A DNA stretch of 58,564 nt, counting the filler, from Dugesia japonica (lineage: Eukaryota), in NCBI GenBank assembly GCA_001938525.1. It is 3 parts of 3 records of this genome, joined end to end, with 100 filler letters (N's around TTAATTAATTAA, not from the genome) between each part and the next. Parts side by side here need not be neighbours in the genome. Positions count along the whole stretch, not along the records: positions 14,220 to 44,358 come from MQRL01594519.1; positions 44,459 to 58,564 come from MQRL01497994.1; 1 more part is not named here. One strand, given 5' to 3'. The notes under the pieces were generated by a model. It worked only from the letters and a program-made list of their open reading frames with translations. It was not told where the DNA came from and searched no databases. The position numbers and the translations under genes are program-made. Every line of letters begins with the position of its first letter. Position 1 is the stretch's first letter. Shown here one piece after another: positions 35,992 through 51,655 of this stretch.

Positions 35992-37029
35992 ATGTTGGCT
36001 TCTTGATATATTCAATACAATAGATCTTTGTTACTCAATTCTTTAAAGTTTATCGAAATTTTATTGGTTTATTTTAATTATGGATTTTAATTTTTATTTT
36101 TTTAAATCAACTCAAAAAATTTTTTTAGTTAATACAGGAAAGTCTTTTAGATATTTAGAATATTTAAAATTTTTTAATTTTAAATTTTTGTAATTTTTTT
36201 TGAAAATTTTTAAAAATTTTATTTTGTGTTTTTTTTATATATAATTTGTTATTTTAAATAAAAGTTTTTTTTTATAAATTTCTTTTTTAAAATTCATTCA
36301 AAAATGAACTAATTTTAATTCTTAATTTTTAATTTAATTTAATAAAATCAAACAAAAGACAAATACAGTAATTAAATTACCTTTTATTAATGAGAAATGN
36401 NNNNNNNNNNNNNNNNNNNNNNNNNNNNNNNNNNNNNNNNNNNNNNNNNNNNNNNNNNNNNNNNNNNNNNNNNNNNNNNNNNNNNNNNNNNNNNNNNNNN
36501 NNNNNNNNNNNNNNNNNNNNNNNNNNNNNNNNNNNNNNNNNNNNNNNNNNNNNNNNNNNNNNNNNNNNNNNNNNNNNNNNNNNNNNNNNNNNNNNNNNNN
36601 NNNNNNNNNNNNNNNNNNNNNNNNNNNNNNNNNNNNNNNCTCAAACAGAAAGAAAGTGAAGTCTTCAAACACTTTCAAAACAAACATAATGTTTTACCAA
36701 ATATCATCATATTGCATGGAAAACATTAGGAACAGGCTACATTTCTACACTTCACAGATAGAAACATGAACAAATATTAATTAAAGAAGATAAACCTCAG
36801 ATTAATGTAGTGTTCAATAATTACAATATTTGAAAAAAAAATATTTTTGATTAAAAAAAGTTTATATCAATATAAATAAATATATTTATATATAAAAAAT
36901 ATAAAAAACGAAATAATATTAATTAAATATAATATTAATAATATTAATTAAATATATTAATTAGTTGTCCTAATACGATAGTCAAAAATAGTCAAATATG
37001 TAAATAAAATATGAAATGAGATTACTGTA

Positions 37030-37920
37030 GTAATACAATTTTTTGATTTCTTTAGTAAAATCAGGGTGTTCTCTCGATCTGCATACGTTTTGATGATTTT
37101 GGTCATCAACCGGTTTGACTGTGACTGAGCCAGATCTTGCTCCTTTAGCGTCTCATTCTAATTTTGCAATTCGGCATTTTTTTGCTTTAACTTAGTTAAC
37201 TCTGCCTGAAGCTTTTTGTGCAAGAAGCCTTGTTCTTTTCTTAATTCTGCTATCAAGTTATCCATGGTTTTTAAGTTGACATTGAATATGAAGAAACATT
37301 AAATGATTGTCATAACTTTATATCATAATTCCATAAACGTTCAGAGTATTATAGTTATTATTAAAAACATTAATTTAAAGATTTCCTCGAAATAAAAAAT
37401 ACAAAGAAAACTGATCAACACATTTAAAATATATTCTCAATCAATTCATGTCAAGGTTTTTCAATTTATGTAAAAATCTTGACAGATTTTGCAGACTCTT
37501 CGTTTAACGGAAGGAGGATCTGTTGCAAGGCTGTCTCGATCCTTGCTAGTAATCTTTCTGTTTGTTTCTCAAATTTTATCATTTCCTGCTGGATTGATTT
37601 TATGTGACCAGTCAANTGAGCCTGTTATTGGAAGAGTTCTGTCGTCCAAATGAGGAGGCTTACAAACTCCTACTCATTTTCACTCTTATGAGTCCGCATC
37701 TTTTCCACCTCCTTTTGATGCCGATGTTTCTGGTTCTTTAGTTGCTCATTTTAATTCTGTAATATCTTTCTCCTTCTGATGTAGCTTGTTATGTGTTATC
37801 CACCAGGGCTCGGAATCTGTTTTGTCGAGTCCTGGCTTGCAGAGTTTGCATTAAAGAACCTACTCATTTCAATTAAGTTTCTCTCCGCATTGGCTTGCAT
37901 AATTCCTCTAAACATCTGTA
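37030..37920 (-). pseudogene. Second copy of the unclassified repeat-associated ORF
   Basis: LDKTDSEPWWITHNKL here versus LESTDTKP**IMQDRL at about 35000; both start at an acag-ATG acceptor-like site and lead into a coiled-coil-like segment. Confidence 0.45.
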
Positions 37921-38559
37921 TAATAGAAGAAAATTCATGTTTATAATAATAGCTGATTCTCATTATTATCAATCATAAATTATGAAGCGCTGCACTAATT
38001 ATTAGTTAAAGTTTAATTTCTTAATTTACTTTCATGTTTGATCAATTTAATTTATATAACCGTTGTCGATATCTGAAACCAATTCAAGCAGTTGTTTCAC
38101 ACTATGTCGATCATACTTCCTTTTAAGAGAAACATTTGCGAAATGTCTATTTGTTATTAACTACCTCATATCACTCGGTAAACATGCGATCAATCGTCAC
38201 ATTCGTCAGAGTTATGTATAACTAATCAAGTAGCAATTGCTTTACAATCATTTAAAACATTTTACAAAATTACATTGGAGGAACACTTGACTCCGTTATT
38301 GTAACGATTGGTTCTGCTGTGGGATCAGATATTTAGTGTTCAATTAGAGTTAACGTAATATCGTATAGTAGAATAATAGCACAATCACATATCAAAATGA
38401 TGGGTAAATAAAATATGATGAACATATGATGCAAGATTTCATTAAGTTAATATTAATAACTAACAAAATTAAGAACGAACGAATTGATAAACAAAAAGTA
38501 AACTAAATGATAGTTTTACTAGGTATTAATAATGATAAAATTCGATCGTATAATTATAG

Positions 38560-39990
38560 TGCTTTCTTTCTGCATTTGAGCCTAGCAAAATCATTAATTC
38601 GTTGATCAAAGTTTGACTTCTTTGTTTCAGCAGATTCTGTGAACAGCAAGGTTAACTTGCCGAGCTAGGCAGCGTAGCTGATCTTAATCAATCAAATTTA
38701 TAATATAGTTGTACACTTGTTTAAGTACAGAAAACGGTCGTTCTCCAAAAGTATTACTTATTGGTATCGTAAGGCAGATACAAAAAATTGTTTCCAAATT
38801 TGGAAATGTGAACTGTAGATCACGTACCATGAACTGATACAAATCGATGGGGATTTATGATGTTTTCATTTTTGCAAGTATCATTAATTGATCAAGCTCT
38901 TCCATAAACATGTCACAGTCAATATCATTCAAACATGTATCCATCAAAGTTTTATCGTGTCTCTATCACTCCTGTTGTTAGGTTGTTCATGTGCAAAAAA
39001 TACTCAAAANTGGCTGTTTATGCCTTCATAAACTTTCAAGCGATGTTTGAGCTCCAAAATAAACTTGTCACAAACAAAATTCGAGGGCCTAATAATGAAT
39101 TTTTCACATTCTTTCAACATGACGTCATTCTCGGCAGTTTCATCAAAAATTTAAGTACGTTTTCTCGACCGTTTATCTTCATACGCAGTGTCATTGTTTT
39201 CAATACCAAGTATATGTCTTGCTTCAGTCTCTATCCTTGGGAAATTTTCACTAGCGGTTTGAAAAAAAATTGCTAACGAATTAAACAATTCAACTACCTT
39301 TGACAAACATAGTCTTTGATCCAGCAGAAATTCACTGATTGCATTTATGTTTTGCAGCAACAGATTCCATAATACTGTTATTAGAGCTATCGCAACCTTT
39401 CCATTTGTCTTACTATGCTTTAGCTTCTGCTTTTGGAACTAATTTTTGCCTTGCATCAGACAAAGCTGCTTTTGTCTCATTTTANNNNNNNNNNNNNNNN
39501 NNNNNNNNNNNNNNNNNNNNNNNNNNNNNNNNNNNNNNNNNNNNNNNNNNNNNNNNNNNNNNNNNNNNNNNNNNNNNNNNCCAAAATGACCCACTTGACG
39601 CAGAAAACCACACATACAAATTTTGAAAAAAGTTAAAAGATGTCGCTGCAGTGGCACAAGACTCAGCAGCAGCATTACCTAATAAATTGAGCGAGTGATT
39701 AGAATACAGAATGTATTCTGCAGTCGGGCTTTTGGCTTTTATTTTCCCCTGCAATCCAGTGTACGCCCTGATATATTGTTTGGTTCAATATAATGGCTAG
39801 TTTCGAAAATGATAAACGAGATCGATGTGATTTTAAAATTGGTCAGGAAAGAACCCTAAAAAGGAAGAAAAATGATTTCTGATGGTCCTTTTATAATCAC
39901 TAAGTATATAGCACACATTTAGCAAGAATGTTTCAATCACCTACGGAAACTTTGGAGGATACAAGATAAATGATAAATAAAAAATAAAAT
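38560..39990 (-). mobile_element. hAT transposase remnant (ZMYM1-like)
   Basis: YTGLQGKIK..AEYILYSNHSLNL and ICLTIPISNTFGERPFSVLK (dimerization domain), ending INDFARLKCRK. Confidence 0.85.
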
Positions 39991-41165
39991 AAACTGATAA
40001 ATGAGGAAATTTTGAATGTACTCCTTGAAGAAATCGATGGACATGCAGAGAAAATGAAATTATTTTTGGCACGAAAATCATGACGTTTCTGTTGAGACAA
40101 TCATAAATTTCTTCAAAATTAAGTTTTATACATTCAAAAACTTACGACAGTCTTGAGGAGGAAAAAATAGTTTCTTTTATAATTAATTGATTATTTTACC
40201 GATAAATTATCCAATTTTAACAGTTAGTAAATTCTCGTTAATATTCCTTTAATTTCCCAATTATTCATTACTAGAAATGTTTAAATCTTAGAACAAAAGT
40301 ATGTTTTTTAGTTCTTGTTAGCAATACGATAATCTTGTTCAGGAAATTACTTTTTCATAAAAAATATCCTGCTAAATTATCTCCATAAATTTCACAATAA
40401 TTGAGATTAGTAAATCCCAATAAAGCAATGCGAAATTTTTAACATAGAAGTATTTAACAAATCATCATAAAGTATCTATGTCAAGTTAGAAACCCAAATG
40501 CATTGAAGTCTAGAAACTCAGATTTCGAAATTTTCATTTAATTGTATTTGATTAATTATATTGTTATGACGCTTTAACTTTTGATATAATTTTTCTTTAT
40601 TTATTTTGTTTATTCTAGAGGTTTCTATACAAACATGTGTTCAATTGAGTTCTTTTCCAACGAAATAATAAACTATAGATAGCAAGTTCGCAATGAAAGC
40701 TTTTGTCATATCTGATGAAGATCGTAGTTGTTAACGTAATACTTAAAAATGGAAACTAAATTTCCATTGCTTTTTTCAACTGTGAATTTGAAATTATACC
40801 GAAAATATTATCCGAATTGACACGTGACATTTTTTTATTTGTGACCATATATTATAAATACATAAAGGAATCATTTTTCTCTTTGCAAATTATTGTTAAA
40901 CATATATTTAATAAAAACCATTTCGAAAAAAAATAAATAAGCTTATATTCTGAAATTAAAATTCCTAATAATTTTAAAATGTTTAATAAAATTTTGAAAG
41001 ATTTCAACATTCATAATATTAGAAATGTGTGTCGAAATCATGCGAAACAGACATTCATAACAAATTTTATGTCAGTTACGTGTTCTTAGTGTATTTGTAC
41101 AAAAACGTCATTGCAAATAATTTCGTAGATTTTTCACTTGCATTATTTCATTTCAAATAAATCAA

Positions 41166-42637
41166 ATGAAATTCGAATGGTATTTGATAAAAATAATTTT
41201 GTTAATTATTGTGAAATCAACAATATCTTTGATACCAAATATCTGTGTAAAAAATGCAACCACTTCTGGTATTTGTTGTCCAGCACCAGAGTGGTCTGAT
41301 GAAGTCTGTGGAGGTCCATCCCGAGGTTTCTGTAGTTTTATAACAGTAAACAAAGATTTTCAGCCTTTTGTTTTTGTCAATGATGATAGAATGAATTGGC
41401 CAACAAGATTTTTTCATACGCTATGTGTATGTAGAGATAACTACTTCGGAGTTGCCTGTGAGCAATGTTTTTATGGGAAAAAAGGAAAGTATTGTAATAA
41501 AAATCATGTTGAAATTCGAAGAAACATTTTATCACTTTCCAGAAGAGAAAGGCATTTATTGGTGAAAGTTATAGATAAAAGCATTACCGAACCTGCTGAT
41601 TATTCCATTTTTGTTGAACAGCACAATTCTCGATCTGATCCTGTGGTTAATCCAGAATGGTTTGTACCAAATGTTCAGTATTTAATGGTTTTTAATCATA
41701 GATTTGCTTCAAGAGCAACTCTTTTTACAAATATTGATGATTGCCAAAATTTTGGTTTTCTAGACTTCAATCATAATGCTGTTGGCTTTCTAACTTGGCA
41801 TAGATACTTTATGATGATTTGGGAAAGAGCTTTACAAAAGATTGCAATGAAATACTTCAATGTTAAAAATTTCGCATTGCCTTATTGGGATTGGACCGAT
41901 CTTAATTATTGTGACATTTGCAGAGATGATTTAGCAGGTGGCGAAGGATATAGAGATAACGATTATGGAGTTTTAATTAGTCTTGGTAGTCCATTTCATA
42001 ACTGGACTGAATATTGCGTCGAACCTAATAACGATTTCCCATGTTATGGTTGCCATAAAGCAGGTTACTTAGGCAGAATTAGTCGAACTTGGAATAATTT
42101 GAGATTTCCAACTTCATCAGAAATAGAATTTGCATTACAAAGAAGGAAGTTTGATTTAAAAATAATATTATATTTTACTGATTTATTAGTTTTTATGTAC
42201 AAAATGAAAGAACTGATCAAGGATGTCAATCATTTCATATGGCGGTTGAAGGCTTATGTGGAAGACCGGGATATAATGATAGCAGATTCTACATTCATAA
42301 CAGAATTCATAATATGATTGATGGCTCAATGTGCTGCAGTGGGACTTCACCCAGTGATCCTATATTTATTTTTCATCATATTCAAATAGACAGACTATTT
42401 CAAGTAAAAAAAATTTATTAAAATTTAATAATTGTTTATTAGAGATGGATAATTGAAAATAAACCGTCACTTATTGAATACCCTGATTCTGAAACAAGAC
42501 CAGGACATGGAAAATTTTCCAATTTAGTTTCATGGATTCCCATAGTTAATCACGCATTATTGTTTACAGATAGTAAAAACCTAGGTTATGTATATGACAA
42601 TTACCACTTCGGTACTAAGTATCAAAGTTCTTTGTGA
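41166..42637 (+). CDS. Tyrosinase (type-3 copper oxidase with N-terminal Cys-rich/EGF-like domain), 463 aa; exons 41166-42148, 42190-42403, 42443-42637
   Basis: Signal peptide, CCP..CG..RG.C, DDR..WP..FF..C.C..NY.G..C..C, CuA (FNHRF, HNAVGFLTWHR), LPYWDW, CuB (HNRIH..DPIFIFHH..IDRLF), LGYVY. GT-AG introns of 41 and 39 bp keep the frame. No C-terminal transmembrane helix. Confidence 0.95.
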
Positions 42638-42842
42638 TAAAAAGATAAAATAAACGTTAATATTTATCGATTTTTATCTTTAGTGAACAACTGAATACTA
42701 AATAATAAAAATAACAGCTATATTAAAAATTAAACAGCAATATTTCCACATTTAAATCTAAGCATTTCTTTTAAAAACGTATTAATTTTTATTAAAATTT
42801 CTTACAATGTTCAATTAGGAAAATATAATAGCAAATATTTTA

Positions 42843-44358
<1,516 letters not shown>

Positions 44359-44458
44359 NNNNNNNNNNNNNNNNNNNNNNNNNNNNNNNNNNNNNNNNNN
44401 NNTTAATTAATTAANNNNNNNNNNNNNNNNNNNNNNNNNNNNNNNNNNNNNNNNNNNN
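44359..44458. other. Artificial 100-bp contig linker
   Basis: 44 N + TTAATTAATTAA + 44 N; cuts RUVBL1. Confidence 0.93.
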
Positions 44459-45859
44459 TTTACATAAATTACTGTAGCTTTTTCAAATTACGATCTGTTT
44501 AGCTGAAATTTGGTGATGTAGTAAAACAAATACGCATCAACTATTAAAAATAAGAATTACATCTATAGCATTTGTGTGTAGATTTTAAATTTGATTGACC
44601 GGGTATTTTTTGATCATGGTAGTATGTTTATATTTAACTATTTTTCTGTTATTTTGAAGGACAAATTCATAATTTAAAATAAATATATAAAGAGAGCCAT
44701 TTTTTGAGATTTTGATGTCGCAAATAATGTATGGTAACTTCAGCGCCAGACTAAGGTTTTCAGACACTCGGGAAAAATAGTTGTTTCGCACCTGTCTCTC
44801 TCCACTATTCATTTGTAAAATTAATACATAAATTTCAATGGCATAGCCAGTTGTCACTTAAAGAACATTTCATCCCAAAACCATTTCTATTTCCTAAAAC
44901 AAATTTGATGTTTTGTGAATTTATATTTTTATCCTGAACTTAACTTATTTGATATTACCGTTAAATATGTAAAAAGTTGGTGTCAAGGGCAAAGTAAATT
45001 TTTCTTTTTATGTATTTAAGTTACTTAATTTTACAGATAGGTTTAGCGTCTCATGTGGTGGCTCGATCTGGTCCCTTTTTATCCGACACTGGGTAAATTG
45101 TTAGATATNNNNNNNNNNNNNNNNTTTAATTAGATTTTATCTTTTTAATAAAGATAATCAAAATAATATATCAGAGTTTTGTGAAGAAGATCAGCAATTT
45201 TCAAGTAATTTTGTCTCGTTCAAATTAAAAAGTACAAAAACAATTATTAAGCACGAGAAAATTAGCATATTATTGATGAACATCATTTACAAGGGTTAAC
45301 AGTATAAAACAATTTATCAGTAAGTGGATAAATTGCTCTTATCTTTTTAGCGGGTACTTTACTTGTACTTATACTTTTAGCTGCTTACTTGAATAAATCA
45401 TCCCCGATATTTATGAAACATTATACTCTCGATCTAAGGACCTATCTTAATAAAAGCCTAACAAAATGATAGATTAGACAAAAAGGTCCTGTAGATTATC
45501 CTGGATATTTAACACACCTCATAATACTAAACGTTTTCTTTCAAGTCTTCCTCAAGAATAAGGTTTTTGCCGAAAACATCAAAAAATTGGTGAATTATAA
45601 GTAATTATCGAAAGTAAATGTATCTAAATATCAAATAAGATGAATCGAGATATGGAGAATACGTTAGGATAGTGAGAATAATAGTAATAAACTCACATCT
45701 CCTCTCTGCCAATTTCCCACAATAATCCTTATCGTGGCAATTATAGCCGTAGCTTCATATAATAATCTCTCAATAACATGCTGAATTAAATAACAACAAG
45801 CAGGTATAAAACCATGAATAGAAACGCTGTCGTCATCTTCATTAACCAATAAACGATAA

Positions 45860-46100
45860 GGATTAAGTGCGACTATTAAAAATTAAAGCAAGTATCATGA
45901 AGTATGAACCCGAAGCAAAGCAAAGTGAGCATGCACTCGAACTACGGGTTACGAGTCACCGGTTCCATTCCGAATATCTCAATTTTTGGGAGATCAGATT
46001 AAATTCTTCGCTGGGTTTTACTAGACCAGGCCACCCTAGGCGCAATTTAAAACCAACCCACCTAGATAGAACTCCAACAAAATTATCAACCAATTATAAT
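45860..46100 (+). repeat. Copy of the unclassified repeat segment seen at about 34050-34200
   Basis: gcatgcactcgaactacgggttacgagtcacc..ctgggttttact versus gtatgcactccaactacgagttacgagtcacc..ttgggttttact. Confidence 0.7.
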
Positions 46101-46299
46101 ATATTAGTAGTAGGGATGGTGAATTTCAAACACATGACAATTATCTTCATCAAAGAAATTCTGTAACGTATATATTTTTTCAAGTTTTTAATGAAATCGA
46201 TTACAGGTTTAATTAATTCTATTGGGTTAAGATTAATCAAAGATAATTGGAAACGATTAATACTCATTATTAAAACTATTCTTCTCATGAGTCACCAAA

Positions 46300-47210
46300 A
46301 TATAACTTTTAAGGGTAGACGTGATGAATGAAAATGAAAAAAGTTTACGAAATGAGAAGGATAGAACAGATCGAGTCCCTTGCCAAATTTTCAGCAGGTT
46401 TTAAGAAAATAATAGACGTTTTTGAAAAATCTCAGAATTGGCTGATATCAATGTTTCTAATAAAGCTAAAACTTTGACGAATAGTTTAACTAAATTTGAT
46501 TTACTTATTTAATTGGATTACCGGATTTCTATTCTTCACTTAATTTGACCTTTGAGGGAAATACTTCAAAAATCTTCCATAAATTTATTACACACTAAAA
46601 ATTTAATCAAACAATTAACTTGAAACTTTGAAAAACATTAGAGAAAATTTTGATTCCCAGTTTTCTTCAATTTTCGAAAATGTTCAAATTAGGCCTTAAT
46701 ATAGAAATTGAAGTTGTAAAACAAACAAAACTGCAATTGAACAGAAATAATATTGCAAATTCTGAGCCAGAAGAATTTTACAAAAAGAGCGTGTATATTC
46801 ATAGGCCAGATAACATTATTGTGAATGTAATGAATCGGTTTTCATGAGAAATTAATCAATTTTGTTGATTTATATATTTTAATACCGAATAACTTAATAA
46901 TTACTAACAAAAATTTTCGGAAAACAAAAATCGATCAGATATCTAATCACTTCAGTGAAGTCTTAGGTAAAGATAAAGTGAATGAAGAAATTTTATTATT
47001 GAAGCAATTCGTTCAATTGGAAACTTCTCAATTGTCCTCAACTTAGGAAGAAACGCTTGTTTATCTTGAAGAGACTTAAGAAATAAAATAGGCGAATAGA
47101 TTGTTAGGTTAAGCGTTATTAAATATTCATAGGGATATATATGTTAAAATTGATGATGAAATAAATTTATTTGCCAATGGAAAAGGAGGCTAGATTTTGT
47201 AATAAAATAA
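46300..47210 (+). mobile_element. hAT transposase remnant (THAP12/PRKRIR-like)
   Basis: NRNN..PEEFYKKSVYI..DNII..MNRFS, plus C-terminal LRNKIGE, LLNIHRDI and EINLFANG..RLDFVI read across frameshifts. Confidence 0.75.
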
Positions 47211-47831
47211 AAATTAATTTAACTTAAACCAAGTAAATTTACCTTCGTTTTTGATTATAATAGTATTTAAGTAATTTTATTGATATATGCGTATATTTTA
47301 GGTGTAATATTTTGTTGAATATTGTATCCTAATAGTATGTGAATGTTAGGGTTGTAAGCTGGCTTACATTAATAATATAATACATTTAGTTTTATGTAGT
47401 TAATTATTTTAATTAATTCATTTGTTTAAATTATATTTATTTCAAGGTTATTTTAATTTACAAAATTTTTAATTATTATTAATAAAATTTGTACAAAAAA
47501 TTACTGTTTATGAAATCAATATTTTCTCCTGCTAAATTAGCATTTAAAAATTGTGGTTTTTAGAATAAATATTTTTTCTCCAATTTTCGTTTAGTGCATT
47601 CAGCACACATACGGCCTTAAAAAATCAGTATAAATTGCAAATCAGTCGAAAACTAGACAAAAATATTTAAGCTAAATTAGTAGCGTAANTATTTTCAGAA
47701 CTAAAAGCTTTTCATTATTTGCTAAAAAGCATTATAATAAAGCTAAAATTGATAATAGCAGTATTTGGTAAATTTTAATTTATTTAAATAAGTTAATGAT
47801 ATAAGAATCTTTTAAAAAAGATTAATTGCAT

Positions 47832-48715
47832 TGTTGGGGAAAGCAGACACTAAGATCATATATAACAAACATAAAGGCATACATTACAAAATACAATAAT
47901 GCATAAAAAATAATCAAAACAAAACACAACAAAGATCAATCAATAAAGAGCAATCAGAAACCGAGCAGAACAATCAATCCAACAACAAAATCCAGCCAAT
48001 TCAGATTTCAAAAGACATTAAATTCATCGATTTATATCAATTTAACTGATTAAATTTATTCTCTGTTAATATGCAAATTTTTATTCCAAATGATATAATT
48101 TTATCTATGTTACCGAATTTACAAATTGTTTATTAACGGTATGAATTAAATTCTGTATTCGAATGATATAATTTATGTACAAAATTTTATTTCATTTGAA
48201 TGTTAATACAACCTTTGAAAAATATTTGTTGGACTTTATAGAATTTGGAAAATGTTTATAAAAGTATGATATTTTTTTGAAAAATAATATGAAAATATTT
48301 ATTTTTATGAAATAATTTTATGCAATATTTTAAATTGTAATGCGCGATCAACCAGTACAGATAGTAGTTTTAATTTCATTATGATCACCAATTTTTAATT
48401 CTCAAAGAGGTTTAATACTTCTCCAGTAACAGACCCAGTGGAAAAAATAATAACGNTAATATTTGAAACTGATATATTTGAAGTTTAATAAAGAATTTTT
48501 TTAAGTAATCTTTATTTAATATTGAATAAGTATAATATTTAATAAGTATAGCGTATTTATATGAATATTATTTTATATATTAAATATATTAAGGAAACAG
48601 CTTTTGAGATATTTATAAGTAAACACTAATCGGATTTCATTTCTAAATAACTCATTTGAACTCACTGAAAAAAATTGTTGATTAGCCTGTGCGAAATCCC
48701 AAAGACATCTCAACA
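47832..48715 (+). mobile_element. Probable solo LTR (884 bp)
   Basis: TGTTG...CAACA ends; flanks gcat/gtat form a 4-bp TSD with one mismatch; internal similarity to 35407-35630. Confidence 0.6.
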
Positions 48716-48983
48716 GTATTACCCATATTTTAATTTTGAATTTAAGCTGATAATTGGATCTGTTACAGATTACATTATCAGTCTATTGTTTTAGTAATAT
48801 TCCAATTGTAATTAATTAAGATATTATTATCAGTACTAATATCTCAATTTTTGTACTAATAGTTATTTTATTTATAAAATCTAGCACCTAAATTAACGCC
48901 TTGTATAATTACGTGTGGTGAGAAAATATTAGACTCACCATTCAATCTTTCTAGAACGGTATTGTAATACCGGTATTTATCTT

Positions 48984-49096
48984 AGTTGAATATTTAAAAA
49001 AACTAAATATTTGTTTCAATATGGTTTTTATAAGATTCAGTTATATTTTGAACTTATTAAATAAACTTGTTATGGAAATTAAGACTTGATTTAACT
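48984..49096 (+). repeat. 5' LTR (113 bp, AGTT...AACT)
   Basis: Direct repeat of 53998-54109; preceded by ATCTT and followed by the PBS. Confidence 0.92.
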
Positions 49097-51655
49097 GGCG
49101 ATCCAGCCCAGCTGAACCCAAATACTCAAAATCAGGAAAGCTAAGCATAATAAATCTACTAAGCTTTGTCTAAAAAGTCTAAGGAATTATTAACTCCTAA
49201 AATTACGAAATTCTCTGGGAATTATGACGAAGACCCAGCGAAATAGTTAAATGAAATTTCAGTTTTTGCAGAATCAAACAGTTTTGATTTATTATCAACT
49301 TTTGATTTTTTATTAGACGGTAATGCAAAAGACCTGTGGTAAGCATTTAAAAGCCGGCAGAATGTTAACGATAAAGTGGCTAGCGAATGGTTTAAAGAAA
49401 AATATATAAAAGAAAAGTCATTTCTTTAAATTATTGAAGAATGTAGTGGAATTCGACAAAAATAAAATGAACATTTCGAAAATTTTGAATTAAGAGTTTT
49501 AAGATCAGTCAAAGAAATATTTGAATCAGCATTGACTGTGGAGGAAATTGCTCAGCAAATAATCAAGAAAAGAGTTGGTTTCGAAGAGCAAAGAAAATCN
49601 ATTGCTCTTAAACCAGAAATTAAGCCGGACAAAATGAGAAAATTGGCTGAAAACTTTGAGAAGCATGATGAACATTTTGGTGGGTCACAGATAAATAAGT
49701 TGACTTACTCAGAAGCGACAGTTGCAAGTAACAATCCAAGAATTAAGAAAACTGATTTAAGAGGTTCTAACTATTATAAACACTCGGAATAATGAAATTG
49801 AAAAGGCAATTCCAATTTCTGAAGAATTTAATGATTCCAAAAACAGTAGAGAAGGTCAATTTAGAAATATGCNNNNNNNNNNNNNNAAGTTTATTGTAAG
49901 GAAATTGTACAATAGATCAAAAAGATTTCCTCCACCAAAAAAAGAACAATTAAAAAAAGATTCATGTTTTTGCTGTGATCTGATGGGTCACATAGGTAAT
50001 AACTGCCATCTGAAATCATGTTCCCTAATTTGTGGTAAAACGTGTCACAGGTTTAGAAACTGTCTATTACTTGTTAATCAGATATATCATAACAATAATT
50101 GTGTGAAATGCATTTCAGAAGAAAATGACAATGTGGATGAAAGAAATAAAGATTTAAAGATAATCAATTATGATGTTAGCTATTTAAAGAGATTCCANTG
50201 TTTCGATTTTGTCGGTGGAGTCAATACAATAAAAACTGAAAATCAGAATTGTGATATGTATAAGAAGAATGATGAAAGAATTTGGAGTATGGTCAAAGTT
50301 AGAAGTAAAATGGTCGAAATATATCAATATCAGTGATGCATACAAAGTTATGGAGAGAGTGTGGATCTTTTTCATTGGATAAATGCAATATTAAATTGGG
50401 TGGTGCATTTTCAAAAGAACCAGTGAATTGTTCAGGAATTGAAAAAGTTGAAATATAATTTGGAAATGTGAAAAAAATTGTTTACATTGTGACTGTTGAT
50501 GGAATAAATCCAGAATTTATTGGTGGAATCAATATGTTTAATGCATTTAATATTCAATTAAAAATGCTTAATATTTTGGACTCAGAGAACATTAACAGAT
50601 AATTCACTGATAATGATCGTTTTAAGGCAGCCATAGCAGCATTTAAACAAAAAGATAATAATTTAAAAGAAATACTTCTAAGGTTTTAAAATATATTTAT
50701 GGCAGATACTTTTGTACTTGGAAAAACACATGTTGTAAAACATTTCATTCCAACAGTTGGTGACCCTATTCTACAACAACCTCGACGTCAACCAATACAT
50801 CTTGAACAGAAGATTGATGAATTGGTTAAGCAACTGATAGAAAGCGATATTATCAAAGAATGCAGAAGTGCTTGGCATTTTCCGATGGTAATTGTTAGTA
50901 AATAGAATGGGGTGATCAGAATGTACCAAGACTTAAGAATGTTGAATGATTCTACAAAACAGTCTTCATTTCCAATGTCAGATCCACAAACCTTGTTTGA
51001 TCACCTTTGTGGTTGTACAATATTTTCAACTTTGGATGTGGGCCAAGGTTATTATCAAGTAGCATTAAACAAACAAGATAAGATTAAAACGGCATTTTCA
51101 ACAAAGAAGGGACAATATTGCTACAATCGTATGTCATTTGGTTTATCAACTGCTCTAGCAACATTTCAGAAATGATGCATACAATTTTGAATAGTATTTT
51201 ATTTAAAAGTATAGTTGTATATATTGATGATATTTAAGTATTAGCAAAATGTCGATCAGAACATGATAAAATACTTGAAAATGTATTTCAAAGACGTCAG
51301 AATTCTGGTCTCAAAATCAATCCAAATAAATGTAAATTATATCAAAGTGAATTTTTATTTTTGAGCCATACAGTTAGCAAAGACGGATTGAGGCCTAATT
51401 CAGAGAAGTCTTAGAAATAGTTAAAGCAGAAATACCAAAATGTACTAAACAATTACGTTCTTTTTAGGCATGGCAAACTATTACAGGAAGTTTGATAAAA
51501 AATGTTCGTTACTTGCAAAAGCATTATATGCTACAATGGAAGGCCATAAACGAGAAATCCAATGGACTGAAAAGTGCAAAACAAGCTTTATGTACTGCAC
51601 CAATATTAGATTTTCTGGATTCAANCAACCAATTCATATTGAATACCGATGCTAG

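Noticed and set aside
41166-42317. The 383-aa ORF as the full tyrosinase
   Set aside because: Its tail reads through a 41-bp intron and lacks CuB; the spliced 463-aa model restores it.
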